This document shows, in pieces, positions 38,343-52,193 of a stretch of 64,000 nucleotides of DNA. Positions within the stretch are counted from its first letter, which is position 1. Each line of letters begins with the position of its first letter. The DNA is taken from assembly GCF_018977255.1 (NCBI RefSeq), contig NW_024704743.1, positions 72,852,001 through 72,916,000 of the forward strand, given 5' to 3'. The translations under genes and the position numbers were made by a program. This DNA comes from Callorhinchus milii (Eukaryota). The notes below the pieces were generated by a model that was given only the letters and a program-made list of their open reading frames with translations, did not search any database and had not been told where the DNA came from.

Positions 38343-41300
38343 TGTAATCCATTCACCGGAATAACATTGGACAACATTAGTTGTCACAAATTAAAATGAT
38401 CCCAAAACTCTTAGGGGTGTATTCAGGATCTGGGAGATGCAGTGAGGTTTGTATTCCAATAAAATAATCCAGAATGGATTTTGGAGATCTGAAACTCATC
38501 CATGGGTTTTTTCACAGAAAAGTCAGCAAATTTAGCAAAAGGAAAAGGTGACACACAAGTTAAAGGTTTACACTCAGAAATAAACTTTGAGGTTTAGATT
38601 CTGGGGACCAATGAATTTCAAATCAATGAGATTAAAATAAGAAGAAACTTTTTAAAAAAAAGATTACTCAGCAATAATTTTGTAACTACTGTACATGTTT
38701 ATCAAAAAAAACATGGCTGGCACTTCCTGAACATTTTCTCAGTTTATTTTTCCCAAACCCTCTCTCAGTCTGAAACACTTTTCTTACAAACAGCCACTAA
38801 GGCAGTGTAGGTTTTTCCCCCCAAGCATTTCTTGTTAAGTGTACTCTCAGCTGTTCTTAGAAGGTCTGATAAAGAGGCATCTCTTTTACTGTAAACTGAA
38901 ACCAGTGCTTAGACAGTAAGATAAGATAAGCAGCAATTTCCTGCAGCATGGTGCACACGTCAATAAGGAAAACCAAGAGAAAGGCACACAGCCAAAGAAA
39001 CTCTTCCAGTAAATTGTCTGCAACTACCACAATAGAAACATGGTTGTGCAATTACCTCTATATTTCACACTTTGTTCAACTTCTTCTTGTGTACTTTCTG
39101 AAATCTCAGGTCACCTATCCACTGGGTTGCACTCCTGCATGATTGCATTTATTGCTTTCAGGAATTGGATTTATAAAGTGTAAGGAATAGGTGATAGACA
39201 GGGGGAAAATACAATTCACCACTTTGTGGTATTTGCAAGTTGGGTTTCTTTAAGTTAGGGGTGTATTCATGATCTGGGAGATGCAACAAGGTTTGTATTC
39301 CAAAAAAAAATCAAGAATGGATTTTGAGAAACTCTGCTGAAACAGAAAATAGCTTTTTAAAAAAAAATTCTCAAGACACTGTATGGGGTCTCAGTGGATG
39401 TCTCGACAGTCTTGTCCCAGGTGGGTCCTCAGTACTCCAAGGCAATGCTGATTGGTACAACTTGGGGTATGGATTCTTCCCACTCAGCTCCTGTTAGCCC
39501 TGTTAAGCAGTGTGTGTTCCTCCGGCACGAGCGTGTGCTTTCCATTTCTGACATGGGAATTTCCATGTGTAGGTGGCATGCACGGAACCTCAGTCTGAAT
39601 ATTATTAAACTGGTGATGCATTTCCACATGTGTCAGCCACTTGGCTGGCCCTGAAAATCTCCTAACAGTAAAATAAATAAAAGCAATATAAAATTCTTTG
39701 ATCTTAAAGAAACACAGGATATTCACCAAGAATGTCTCACTCACCGCAAGAGAGGATTGAGGAATAGGTGCGTGGGCAGTAAAGTTGTCTGAGATCAAAA
39801 AGAGAATATGATTGTTGAGATCAAAACCTCTTATGTTGCTCAATTAAAACAATATCAAATCAAGATCAATTAAAATGAGCGGAATGCAGTGTTGCCCGAG
39901 AATGTGCATCACAATTTCCCATTCACTTCCACAATCCTGCTCTTTCAAAGATAGTTGCCACCAGTTTTTCTTACAGAGGCACAGATGTCATGTAGAGATA
40001 AAAAAATATTGAGGGAATCAACTATGCAATAAAAATAAATCATGTTTCAGTAGACAGGAAGCTACTGGTACAACAACAAGGCATACTTAATGGTTTGTTC
40101 TTTCAAAATGAAACCTTTAACAAGTGCTTTACAGCTGACCCAGTAGTGCACTGTGAAGTCTTCAAAGCTTACATTGCAACTAGACCTGTCAAATCAAATC
40201 TTTATTCCAGTGACATTCTCNTTTTTTTGTCAAAAACCTAGCCTTTATAAGTCTCACTTTAAAATAAATAAACCCAGCTCTAGACAATTAACCAGGTTTG
40301 CAATTCAGTCAGTACATAATTTATCTGAAAAAAACTCACCAAGTCTGACCTTGGCAATACTGCAATAAACAATCTTATTTTCCGCTGGAGCAAACAATCC
40401 CTTGTATGTTCACTCAGAGCTAAAAAAAATCCTGCAATACCAATTTGATTCCCCTGAAGTCTCCTAGCCACCACTTGGAGACTTTAAATTGAGGTGCTTA
40501 TGTGTTCATGTTTCCTAGCGTTATGCAGTTAGCTTGATTAACCCTACAGTCAAGTCCTGTCACCTTAGGGCAAGCAGCTGCTTACACCAGTTACTAATGA
40601 TACCAAATGCAAATGACTGTAGTTCAATCTGTGTGTGTGTAGTTCCAGCTTGCACACTTGAACGTAATTTTGGGAAGCCATCTACTGCCAGGAAACTGAT
40701 CAGCAAAACATATTGATATTCAGCCACAGTGCTTAATCCATACCTTCCCAATACATTAAGTTGGAAAATGTGTGAGTCGCACTCTTAGTCCTATCTGTAT
40801 ATTAGTCTTATATGGATCATACTTCAGTGACCTTTTGAACCCAACGTTAATACGTAAGATAAGTTTACAATATTCCAGAAAGTCTTATGCATCTCATGAG
40901 GGAAATGAATTTGGAGATGTCCATTTCCTGATACTCTTGATCGAGTAAACATCTGTCTGCTCTGATGACAGTGGTTCCAAGCCCCCAAACAAATGTTTTA
41001 GTTACCTGTGAGAATCTTAATCACTGCCAAAGTACTTTTTGAAAATAAAACTAATAAATTAGAATCCAGTCACTATGAATCCACTGCTATCACAAAAATT
41101 ATGAACGAAATAAGCTAATCTGGATAACAGATACTGCCACCTACCTGTATCTTAGCAATCAAACATCTTATCCAGCTATTATCTAGCAGATTTCTGTCTC
41201 AAATCATTGTTTTTGAAATATGCAAGGCATTACTGACTGCATTGGATTCTGGTTTCATATCAAATAAGAGACTGTTCAAATTATTTTCACAGGAATTTTC

Positions 41301-41364
41301 TCCCTCAACCATCTCCCAAACAGAACGAGCAACTGTACATCAATAAAATACATTATCAATGAGG

Positions 41365-41470
41365 AGTGAGTTTTTTCTGTGAATTAGCACAGTGGCCCCT
41401 TCACCTCTGGGGTCTTGGGTTCATATCCAGCCCAGACTGATAGGAAGAAAGTCTACTCTCTTTGCTCGAT
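41365..41470 (+). mobile_element. Ancient tRNA-SINE head, LF-SINE-like
   Basis: cccttcacctctggggtcttgggttcatatccagcccagact resembles my recollection of the LF-SINE 5' region; not aligned. Confidence 0.45.
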
Positions 41471-41514
41471 GGGGAACGATGGGGAACATACACCCATAAT
41501 TTCTCATTAAATCG

Positions 41515-41837
41515 TGTGGAGTCCTGTAGCTCAGTGGTTAGAGCACTTGCTTTGCAAGTGAGAGAGCTGAGTTAGATTCCCAGCAGCGTGAAACCTTGGG
41601 CAAGTTTCCTTATTCCACACGCCTGATAATAATCCCTCAAGAAAAAAACACAATAATAAATTGGTCAATTTCAATCCACGACTATTTGTGGGACACTGCT
41701 GTGCGTAATTGGCTGCCGCATTTCGCCCACAAATATATAAAGTCAATTCACTTTACAGTATATTCTGTGAAGCGCTTTGAAACGTCTAGAAGACGTGAAA
41801 AGCGCTATATCAAATGCAAGGATTATTATTATTATAA
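41515..41837 (+). mobile_element. Family A SINE with 9-bp TSD
   Basis: Complete head-to-tail copy; tcattaaat at 41504-41512 and 41838-41846. Confidence 0.92.
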
Positions 41838-42554
41838 TCATTAAATTATGCCACTAATAGAAGCTATAAGAATTGGAAGATAAAACATGCACACTTGTCT
41901 AAATGAGGAATGCTCTCAGCGACTGGAGTTACAGCACATCATTTGGGGAAGCAGTATTGGAGCTTTGTTCTGCTTCTGCCAATAACATGTCTGACCTAAG
42001 ACTGTTTGGCATGGAGTCTGGATGACAAAGTGGTGAAAATCTTCTATTTCTCTGCAATCCATCACATTTGGTAAAAACATTGCACTAAAAGGGAGGATAA
42101 AAAGCAAACACGGGCTTTAAGTGATTTAGTCATCCATCCAGCAGTCTAAATACCATTGCTGCAGCATTTATTTTGAGAGTCAAGAAGGTATGTTCAGTTA
42201 GCGTGTGGTTAGTTTTTCCAGATAGTACAGGGAGTCCTAGGATATTACCCACAGAAAGAAAAAACATAACTTAGCAAAGTCCACTGCCTGGTTTATTTAT
42301 GAAAAGGAAGTTATCCAGAACAGAATATGGCCTGTGTTACCAGTAGTGCCACCTAACTACACAGTGCCAAACACACATCTTATCCAGGTAAAGATACATA
42401 GGGTGACAGGCTTTTAGCCTCCTCCTAAAGTGTGCTGAAAAATCAAAAGTTTGAGCATGCAATAGTGTACCAAAAAGACACAAGTTTTGCATAATACCCT
42501 ACAAACAAATCATCAAGGGAAAACTCTTATGCACATCACATAACACAACACATC

Positions 42555-42638
42555 ATTTTTTCCTCATGCATCTCACTTCCAGAAGGCAATATAACTATGT
42601 ATTGTCTTCTGGAAGTGAGATGCAGGATGAAAAAAAAT
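42555..42638. repeat. Near-perfect inverted repeat (hairpin)
   Basis: tgcatctcacttccagaaggcaatata-acta-tgtattgtcttctggaagtgagatgca. Confidence 0.92.
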
Positions 42639-42949
42639 ATTGTTTTCATTTGGATGATGCCTACAGGGGACACATAGATATTGAAAAGGAGGATAAAAAA
42701 AAATCTAATCTAAACTTCTCACCTTGGTTTTAGTTGGTATTCTGCAGACTGATTCAGGATAAAATAGGGCTCAGCATTCTTTAAAGGTAATTATGGAACA
42801 CAAAACCTCAGGGCAGGAACTTTAGCTTTCATCCACTCAAAATAATAACACCTGAATAAAAACCAAAGCATCAAGTTGAAATTACTTTTGATATCAGCTC
42901 TGGTAACTCACTTACATCTTTTCTATACTTTCGAGTACACCTAGACAAC

Positions 42950-43180
42950 AGAACATGAGGACACAGGTCTAGAGTTCCAAAGGGCAATTTTATGACAGAC
43001 ACCAGGAAGTGTTTCTTTACCCAGAGGGTAATGAACAGATTGCCAGAAATTGTGGCTGAGGCCAGGACATTGCACTCATCTAAGAAAACAACTTGATGCT
43101 GTAATGGGAAAAAGCAGAGTGGGTGTTCTGGAATGTTAAGATCAAATGGGCTGAGGGCCTTTTTCATCCAAACCTCTCAT
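42950..43180 (+). mobile_element. CR1 3' fragment
   Basis: tttctttacccagagggtaatgaac...gggcctttttcatccaaacc; same family as 5062 and 36195 in the opposite orientation. Confidence 0.65.
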
Positions 43181-43904
43181 GACCCGATTGATCAATTCAG
43201 GAAATTCAGTCATTAAATGTATTGGGTGACTGCAATCAGAGCAAGTTCCCTTCTTACAAGGGCAATGTTTCAACAAACACAGTACAACTGTGTTATAACC
43301 CTGTGTCAGTTAGCATCCATAGACTCAGAGCCTTCATTATAATCAGAGGCCTGTAAGAATGGCCACCAAACAGCTCTACCATCTGCCAGGTTGTAACAGT
43401 CATTTTCTCTGCAAAGTGACAGCAGAGTCACTTCATGTGGAAAAGCAACATGTGCAGGAATGTTAACATCACTTACTGTGTGCAGAAAGCTGACCTGACC
43501 GGTTAAATTCAAATGTATAGGCACTTTTGAAGCATAGTGCATCTGCACCATAAGCAATCTCACATAATACTGGAGCAGGTTTTACATGGGGTTGGCTTGT
43601 ATTATTTGGATGGTAAGAAAAACTAAAAGTGCAGCAGAGTTACAGAGAGGAAAGCTGGTCTACAGAAGTCAAATGCACAGCAGTATTTCAACACGAGATA
43701 GACCCAGAAAGTACTGCATATAATTATGTGTACGACAAGTTAGCAATGCGCAACTATTTTTACATTTCTTTTCTGACAGCCCGGATAATTTATCATGTCC
43801 AATCTAAACAGACTTCCACGTAATGTAAACATAACTAAGATAAATAATGTTATCTTCTGCAAAAAAACTTATAACCAGTTTCAAAAAGATTCAAGGGTTT
43901 TAAC

Positions 43905-45472
43905 CCTCTGTATTTGACCCACCTCCTTGTCCCTCTACACATAGACATCATAAACCTCTCCTTGTCCACTGGTACCGTTCCCACCCATTTATAAATGGCC
44001 GTTATCACTCCTATCCTTAAGAAACCCTCGCTGAACCCATGTCTGCTCTCAAACTACCAGCCCATCTCCAACTTCCCTTTCCTCTCCAAGGTCGTGGAAT
44101 GAGTCATTGCTTCCCAGCTTCGCTCCTTCCTCTCCCGCCACTCCCTTTACGAAACCCTCCATGCACAGAAACAACCCTGGTCAAAGTGACAAATGACTTT
44201 CTGTCCATCTGCGACTAGGGCTCCCACTGCCTCCTCGTCCTCCTTGACCTCTCTGCCTTTGAGACTGTTGACCACTCTATCCTCATCCACCTCCTCTCCT
44301 CTCACCTCAGCTTTCACAGTTCTGTCCTTAAATGGTTCAGATCGTACCTCTCACACTGCCTCCACTTCATCTCCACAAATGGTTTCTCCTCTAGCCCCGG
44401 ACTGTCATGTGCGGCGTTCCTCAGGCCTCTCCTTGGTCCCCTCCTCTTCAACATCTATATGCTCCCTCTTGGTGACATCACCCTCAGACATGGGGTCAAC
44501 TTGCACATGTAAGCAGATGACACCCAACTCTACCTCTCTGCCTCCACCCTTGACTCCAGAACCACTGCTGTGCTGACAGAATGTCTGTCGGACATCAAGT
44601 CCTGGATGAGAACTAACTTTCTTCAGTTGAACATCAAGGCTCTCCTGATCGGCTCCCGTCAGCGCCTCCATACCTCAGGCCCTGACAGCATCACCATCAA
44701 TGGTTGCACACTCCTCCTTACTTAGTCAGTCCGGAACCTTGGCATCCTGTTTTACCCTCAACTATCCTTTCTACCTCACATCCATGCCATGACCCGCTCT
44801 GCCTTCCCCACCTCTGCAACATTTCCCGGCTCCACCACTGTCTCACAACGCAGGCTGCCGAAACCCTCATACACACATTCATAACATCGAGGCTTGATTA
44901 TGCAACTCCTTGCTGGTCGGCCTCCCCAACTCCTCCCTCCACAGCCTACAGATCATCCAGAAATCTGCAGCCTGTGTTTTCTCCCGCACCAAACTCCGTG
45001 ACCCTATCAGCCCCATCCTCACCCGACTCCACTGGCTTCCCATCACACAGAGGATATAGTTCAAGATCCTGGTCCTCACCTTCAAAGCCCTCCATGGTCT
45101 TGCGCCTCCCGCCTCTGCAACCTCCTAACCCCCTACCATCCTGTCCGCTCCCTCCACTCAGCAGTCTCCGGCCTGCTTCACATCCCCTGCCTCACCTGCC
45201 CCACCATTGGCAGGCGGGCCTTCGGCCACTCTGCCCTCACCCTCTGGGACTTCATCCTGCATCCCTCTGCCTCGCCCCCTCTGTCGCCACCTTCAAGACC
45301 CATCTCAAGACCCTCCCCATCAACTGTGCTTTCGATCACCCTCCTTCACCCCCTGCCCTCCACCCTCCCCAATCCCAACGCACAGCTTGGGTCTGAAACA
45401 CTGACTGTCTAGCGCCTTGGGACATCCTCCCAACATAAAAGGCACTATACAAATGTATTTTTGTTGTTGTTG
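43905..45472 (+). mobile_element. 5'-truncated L2 LINE with a disrupted RT domain
   Basis: Encodes NYQPISNFPFLSKVVE and LLVLLDLSAF; YADD is mutated to a stop (taa gca gat gac); FITSRLDY; tail aaatgtatttttgttgttgttg. Confidence 0.93.
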
Positions 45473-46177
45473 TATTTGGCTTTGTTTAGTGTACTCCAGA
45501 CGTCTTCAATTTTTAATTAATGCAATTTTTATAAACGTCTTATTTATCTAAAATAGATTTTATTTGAGCTTTAGAACAACATTGTTCTGTATGAACTATA
45601 TTTCTTAATGGGCATTATGCTCAAAATTCATACTGGTTTTAGACTGTCAGAGAGATTGTTTGGTTACGACTAGAATGAATATCCAGGAAATGACTCACAA
45701 AGAATTTCAAGGATACAAATAACTTATCTTTTTAACTTGAATCAAAATAGATTTATTTTTCATGATTTAAATCTATATTTTAGCTTATTAATATCCCAAG
45801 GAGGTTGAGCTGAAATAGAGAAGACCCTCCCAAAGGTACCACTAGCCAACACAAAGTGCAGTATCTTGCTTCAATACTGTACTGTGCACCAGACAAAGGT
45901 ATTGTGACAGTATTCTGAATAGTTATCCTGAATAATAAGTCAATCCTGACATTATGCAAGTTTCGTGATTGCATTTAGAAACAAATAGAAACAAATTCTA
46001 TTTAAAACTTTTTTTCTATTAATTTTCAGCACAGTAAAAGTACAAACATGCTCCAAATCCTGGCTTCAGTGGTAGATTTTCGGTATGTTTGGCCAACAGC
46101 CATCACTTAGAGACAAACCTTAATTGCCCTGAACAAAATGCAACAGAACACCTCACCAACTGTACATACATGGTTAT

Positions 46178-46752
46178 CATAGAATTATAGAATTGTACAG
46201 CACAGAAGGAGGCCATTCGACCCATCATGTCTGTGCCAGCTCTTTGAAAAGAGCTATCCAAATCAATTCCACTCCTCCGCTCTCCCCCCATAGCCCTGCA
46301 AACTTGTGCTCCACAAATAATTATCTGCTTCTTTCCTAAAAGTTGTTATCGAATCGGCTTCCACCTCCCTTTCAGGCAACGCATACAGATCCGAACAACT
46401 CGCTGTGTAAAAAAATTTCTCCTCACCTTCCCTCTGTTTCTTTTAACAACTATTTTAAATCGGTGTCCTCAGGTTACCGACCCACCCACCAGTGGAAATA
46501 GTTCTCCTTGTACACCCTATCAAATCCCCTCATAATTTTGAAAACTTCTATTAAGTCTCAACTTAACCTTCTCTGCTCCAAGGAGAATAATCCTAGCTTC
46601 TCTAGTCTCTCCCGATAACTGAAGTCCCTCCTTCCTGGTACCATTCTGATAAATCTCCTTTGCACCCTCTCCACTGCCTTAACATCTTTCCTAAAGTGTG
46701 GGCCCAAAACTGAACACAGTATTCTCTCGGAGGCCTAACCAGTGTTTTATAA
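46178..46752 (-). mobile_element. CR1 3' fragment, relatively young
   Basis: catagaattatagaat tail repeats, gtacagcacagaaggaggccattcgaccc, and the ORF2 C-terminus on the minus strand. Confidence 0.88.
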
Positions 46753-48318
46753 GAGCATTTATTCAGCATATTTAGGTTGAAGTACCATTCTGTTGCTCCT
46801 TTTATGGATTCCTACCATACTGCATACAGTGTGTAGCACACACAAGGCACACAAGCTTAGTTCATACTCCAGAATGCAGGTAACCACTGAACTTTGGCTT
46901 GTTTCACAAATGTTTTGTAGTAATTGTTAAAGTTACATGGCTTGTATTTCAAGACCAGAAACTGTGTTCTACATTCAGGCTGTCGTTAAAAAAATATACT
47001 GTGAGGAGCCCTCAATTTGTTAGAATTATTGAAAACATTACACTATTGAAAAGAACAGCTGAGTACTAGTTATGGACCAAACAGAAACTCATAAAAAGCA
47101 ATATTAATTGCTGAATGAATGCTCAAAAATTTTGCTCAGTGTTAAATTGATATGAACATTGTTGGTGAACACACAAGTAAATCTTAGATCCAAGTGCATC
47201 AGTTCGTGCAACGTTTGATTAATATGTTGCTTAATTCTTTTAGCTAATTGTTTTAAGAGGTACCCATTCATAATAGTAAATGTAATATGTGCAGCTTTCA
47301 GGAAGGGAGTTTCATTACCATATGACCTGCCCTTCCTCCCGTAACATTTATTTTCTAGGAAATCCGACTCCCATTCTAGAGAAGCAAAGAGGGGAATAAT
47401 GCCAGCCTTTGTGAGACATTGTGTACTGTACCATTAAACATTTCATTTATCATGTTAGAAGTCAATAGATCAAACAGACTATACAGTCAGACAGTATTGT
47501 CCTTCACTGGTTTATCAATCACATCCCCTCAAAAGCCTGGATCACATTTCAAATTCTATTAAGGATTTCACGATCCAAATGGGTGAGTAGGTTTTCAGCA
47601 CAATTTTTTTAACCACATTTACAAAGAAAAGGTCTGCTTGATGCAAAAACAAAATTAATTATTTCTTTCTGCATTTTAATTCAACACTTTTATTTTTAAC
47701 AGTAACCGGTTTATTTTGTGCGTTCACAGTTTCATAAGACATGCTTAAGGCTTTAATAGTTATCACAAAATCCTAAATTTAGTGTAGCTCTAAGTGGGTT
47801 TCTAAACAGCATTAGCTAAAGATACATTATATAAAGACAGATTAGCTTCATACTAAGTGGACTATAATAGACTGTGATTTTGAATTTGTTTTGAAGACAA
47901 ACCAAGATAAAGTAGATAAAGTAAACTTTAGATCCCAGAACTCAAGATACTTTTTGGGGGATTGTGTTCATTTTGCCCCAGAACTAATTTTGCCTGTTTG
48001 TATATTTTCTACAAATATTTAAAATGTTTCTTCATTGAACCATAAACTCAATTTAAAATGACAATCCCGGTTCTAGATGGATCCTTTTCATAGGCGTTTG
48101 CGTACAAGGTGTACAGTCACTGCATTTACAGTGTATCCTGTGAAGTGTTTTTAGACTCCTCCTAACGTGAAAGACGGTATATCAACTGTAGAGATTATTT
48201 AGTATTATTATTATCATCCCTTCACATGCATTTGAAACATAAGCAAATGGGATGTAAATTAATGACCATTTGAAAGCAACAACTTGCATTTATATAGCGG
48301 CCTTCACCTAGGGTAGCG

Positions 48319-48320
<2 letters not shown>

Positions 48321-48350
<30 letters not shown>

Positions 48351-48656
48351 CCTTGCATTTGATATAGCGCTTTTCACGTCGGGAGGACGTTCCAAAGCGC
48401 TTCACAGAACACACTGTAAAGTGAATTGACTGTATATTTGTGGGCGAACGCGGCAGCCAATTGCGCACAGCAATGTCCCACAAACAGTCGTAGATTGAAA
48501 ATGACCAATTTAATTATTGTTTTTAGTTTTTGGAGGGATTATTATTAGGCGTGTGGAGTAAGGAAACTTGCCCAAGGTTTCTCCCTGCCTGGAATTGAAC
48601 TCAGGTCTCTCACTTGCAAAGCGAGTGCTCTAACCACTGAGCTACAGGACTCCACA
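48321..48656 (-). mobile_element. Young family A SINE
   Basis: Complete copy with a long (AAT)n tail; abuts a truncated L2-type tail at 48278-48320. Confidence 0.92.
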
Positions 48657-49606
48657 AAGGGCACTATATGATGATATCTAGAAATAAAATATGTAGGGAT
48701 AATTGTTAGACAATCTATGCCAGCAATGTCTTGCAAACAATGAGATGAGTAGTGAAATGAAATGAATTTGGGGGGTGAATTTGGATTGGAGAGGAATATT
48801 AGTTGGCATATCTTACAGTGACATTTACATTTACAGGGAAGCAAAAGTAAATTTCAAAAACTGCAGAGGAACAAAACATACTTTCTCTTCCACAAGATAA
48901 CTAAACTCTCTCTGAAACAATGACCTGAAGCCAAAAACCAAGATTCCTACCTAAATTTATAATGTACAATTTTTGTTGAAATAATCCTTTTTATGTAATG
49001 AATGGAGTAAAAACAAATGCTTTTAGCAAACCTATTTTGAACATCCTTTAGACTGATCAATAAATACCCCTTCTCCTTCTTATTTTTGTCTGTTCTGCAC
49101 AGACTATAACAAACATCTAGCCTTAGGCTTAAGATCCTGTGTTAAAAACAAGTGTATGAAGTGCTTGATGGCAGGGGATGACCCAATCAGAGAGTCTGTG
49201 GTGTACTCCACTCACCTTTAAGCGCCGAGGATTTAATCAATAGCAAAAGGATCAAATCAATACTCAAGGTCAACAGTGGTATCTCTGAGGAGAAGTCAAT
49301 TTTATTTCTATTGACTGGTGATTTTTTTTCCTTTTCAAGTACCTCAAAGATATATTCATGTTCAGCCCAGCTATTAAACAACAGAGACTTTATAAAAGCA
49401 ATTTCTTATCCTATACAATTTCTCAACCCAAGCAATTACAATTTTCCCAATGTATTAAAATGCTACTTTTCATTGTATAATATTGTATTGAAATGGACCC
49501 TGTAATATCCGACATGGACTCTAGCACTCAAATGCTTAATCCCCTCATCTCTTCACAAGATTACAAATGAGGGTTGTGATCTCAGCCTTTCAGAAAACCT
49601 ACTACT

Positions 49607-49900
49607 ACAACAACAACAAAGTTACATTTATATTGCGCTTTTCACGTTGGGAGGGCATCCCAAGGTGCTGGACAGACAGAGTTTCGGACCCAAGCTGGCG
49701 GTCGGGATCGGGGCGGGTAGAGGGCTTGGGGCAAAACAGGGAGATTGAAAGCAGTCTTGAGATGGGTCTTGAAGGAGGCAAGGGAGAGGACGAGGTGTAG
49801 GGACTGTGGGATGGAGTTCCAACGAGTGGGGCAGAGTGGCAGAAGGCCCATCTGCCAATAATGGGACGAACGAGGCAGGGGACATGAAGCAGGCTGGACC
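49607..49900 (-). mobile_element. L2 3' fragment
   Basis: IIGRWAFCHSAP and LASFKTHLKT motifs; (CAA)n tail with hairpin. Confidence 0.85.
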
Positions 49901-52027
49901 TACCCAACCATGCTTCCATTACAGCATTAAGCAAATTCTTAAATGAATCCAACCCAGGCCTCAACCATCCTTCCAGACGACCCAATCCACCTTGTAATTA
50001 CAATCTGGTTAAGGAAATACTTGCTATGGCTCTCCTGAAATTGTACCTTGTGAGCCTTAACTTGTGCTGCGCCCTTTTGTCTGCTTTCTTTGCAAATCTA
50101 AAAAGTATTATTCTGGGTTTATTTTCTCAATCCTATTTAAAACCAAAATACTCTACAGCTTCAGCCTATCTTCTGGGATCTGAACTCGACAGATTTGCAA
50201 TATAACCCAGAAGCCTATCTGCCTTGTTTATTTCTGTTTCACAATATCTTGATATGGTAAGCAACAAGTCAACTAACACTCCTAATCTCTTTCAGCTTCC
50301 CAATCTGCAATTTCGCTCTCATCCAGTGAGTACATGGGCCTCCCACCTATTTTTACTTCCTATAAGCTGTATCTTAAATTTATCTATATTAAACTTAATT
50401 TGCCAGTCATCAGCGTACCCTATCATGCTCTCCTTGTAAGAGCTTTGTGGCCTTCTTGGATTCTACAATCTCCCCCTCCCCTTTAAGATCAACGTAAGAA
50501 ATAATCAAATTTAGTTTATTAAATGGGATGATTATTATGTGCCACGTATAGATATTGAACACCCCACGTTTCCTCTCACACTTTCCTGAGTAACTAGTAC
50601 CCTTGTAATGTGCATTCCCTTCCATCATCCTGATTTAGCTGCAGTATATTTGGGTGATTCCCGCATTATAATTAATTATACTACATTGCATTCGAGCTTC
50701 AACATGCTGTATTCAGTGCACTCCAGCCCTTCTATTCAGCAAGTAACATTGTATTGAAATGGTGCAATACACTGGCATCATATGAGAACATGATCCTTGC
50801 AGAGTGAGTCTGCTAAGCACATTGATTGTGAAAAAGCATTCTGTTTATTGCCATAAAACACAGGTTACTGAGTTTTCAATGTTCTCAGCTATTTTGTGAG
50901 GATCGCTTTAAAAGAAAACAAAAACTCTTCCCAGTCTACTTCTACAGGCTGAGCTACATGGCACTTGAGCTTGTTACATGGCCTTACCCTCTCAGGTATC
51001 AGTATGGCTCACTATCATACCAAGTGTTTGGTTTGTTTACTCACTGAGATATCAAGAGAGCATTCCATGTGTTTGAAGGTGAATCCCAAACGAAATCTAA
51101 GGTTTGTATGTTTTTACAGTTGTCTATTTTTTACTCTACATGAAAAAACTTCAATGCATACATTTTGTGCCCTGAACATATATCTTTTTAAAAATAAACT
51201 ATTAACCATTGAGGGTTTTTCTCGTAGATTTACGACTGGTGAACAATCCATGCCTTGTCCTGATCAACAATGCCCCAGATGAAACTGGTCGTTCACTTCA
51301 TGGCCATTTGTGGGCCATTGTTGTGTACAAATTGGCTGCTGCGTTCACTTACAAAATACATAGTCACTACATTTCACACTGACTGTGACATTCTATAAAA
51401 CAGGGTCTAAATCAAATACAAACATTATTATAGTTCTCAATTTATGCTCATTTGTGTTGAAGCATTTGCCTAATGCCTGTCGGATCTTAATTCTAAGTGA
51501 TTTGAAGAGCAAATATTGAGTGTATGTATTTAATCATATGCTTGCCTACAAACACAATCACTATACTTTGCAGTAAATGCTCTTTAGAGCTTTGAGACAG
51601 CCTTCCTACTTGAAATGTGCTATATCAAATGTAAGGATTATTATTATAATTAAAACTAATAATATTTATAAGCTGTTTGATATTAGCGGTTGGACACAAA
51701 ACCCTGGTTACTTTTATAATCTTCAAGTGAATGATTCAAACATAGCCGATTTCCTCGACAGAATTAACTCCTAATTTATTTTAAATAATATTAAGTTTTT
51801 TATAATGGGTTGACGTGGGAGAAAAGGGTGTTCGTGTAGATGGAATAATTATATTCCATCAAAATGTAACAGTCTGTGATTGTAATTATACATAAGTATT
51901 CATCCTTTTAAAATCAAAGATAACATTTGTTCTGTAACAATAAACAGATTGATTTGTGCACAGTTTTAAATGGATATCAGTTGTAGGAAATCTCTATGTA
52001 ACATTTACTAAAATCTATCTTAACCAT

Positions 52028-52193
52028 TTACACATCAATATTGTGATTGTATCTTTATTTAAAAATAAAATGCAGATTTGCTCAGGTTAAACATATATTA
52101 GTTCTTGGTACAAATACAGTTAATGCATGTTTAACGTAAGCAAATCTGCATTTTATTTTTAAATAATGGTACAATTGCAATATTGATATGTAA
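52028..52193. repeat. Long inverted repeat: 73-bp arms, 20-bp spacer
   Basis: 52028-52100 versus the reverse complement of 52121-52193: 9 mismatches, no gaps by hand count. Confidence 0.93.

Noticed and set aside
39394..39843. Overlapping ORFs in a GC-richer patch
   Set aside because: No recognisable domain; lengths are compatible with chance
40221..40221. Ambiguous base n
   Set aside because: Assembly ambiguity next to a T run, not a biological feature
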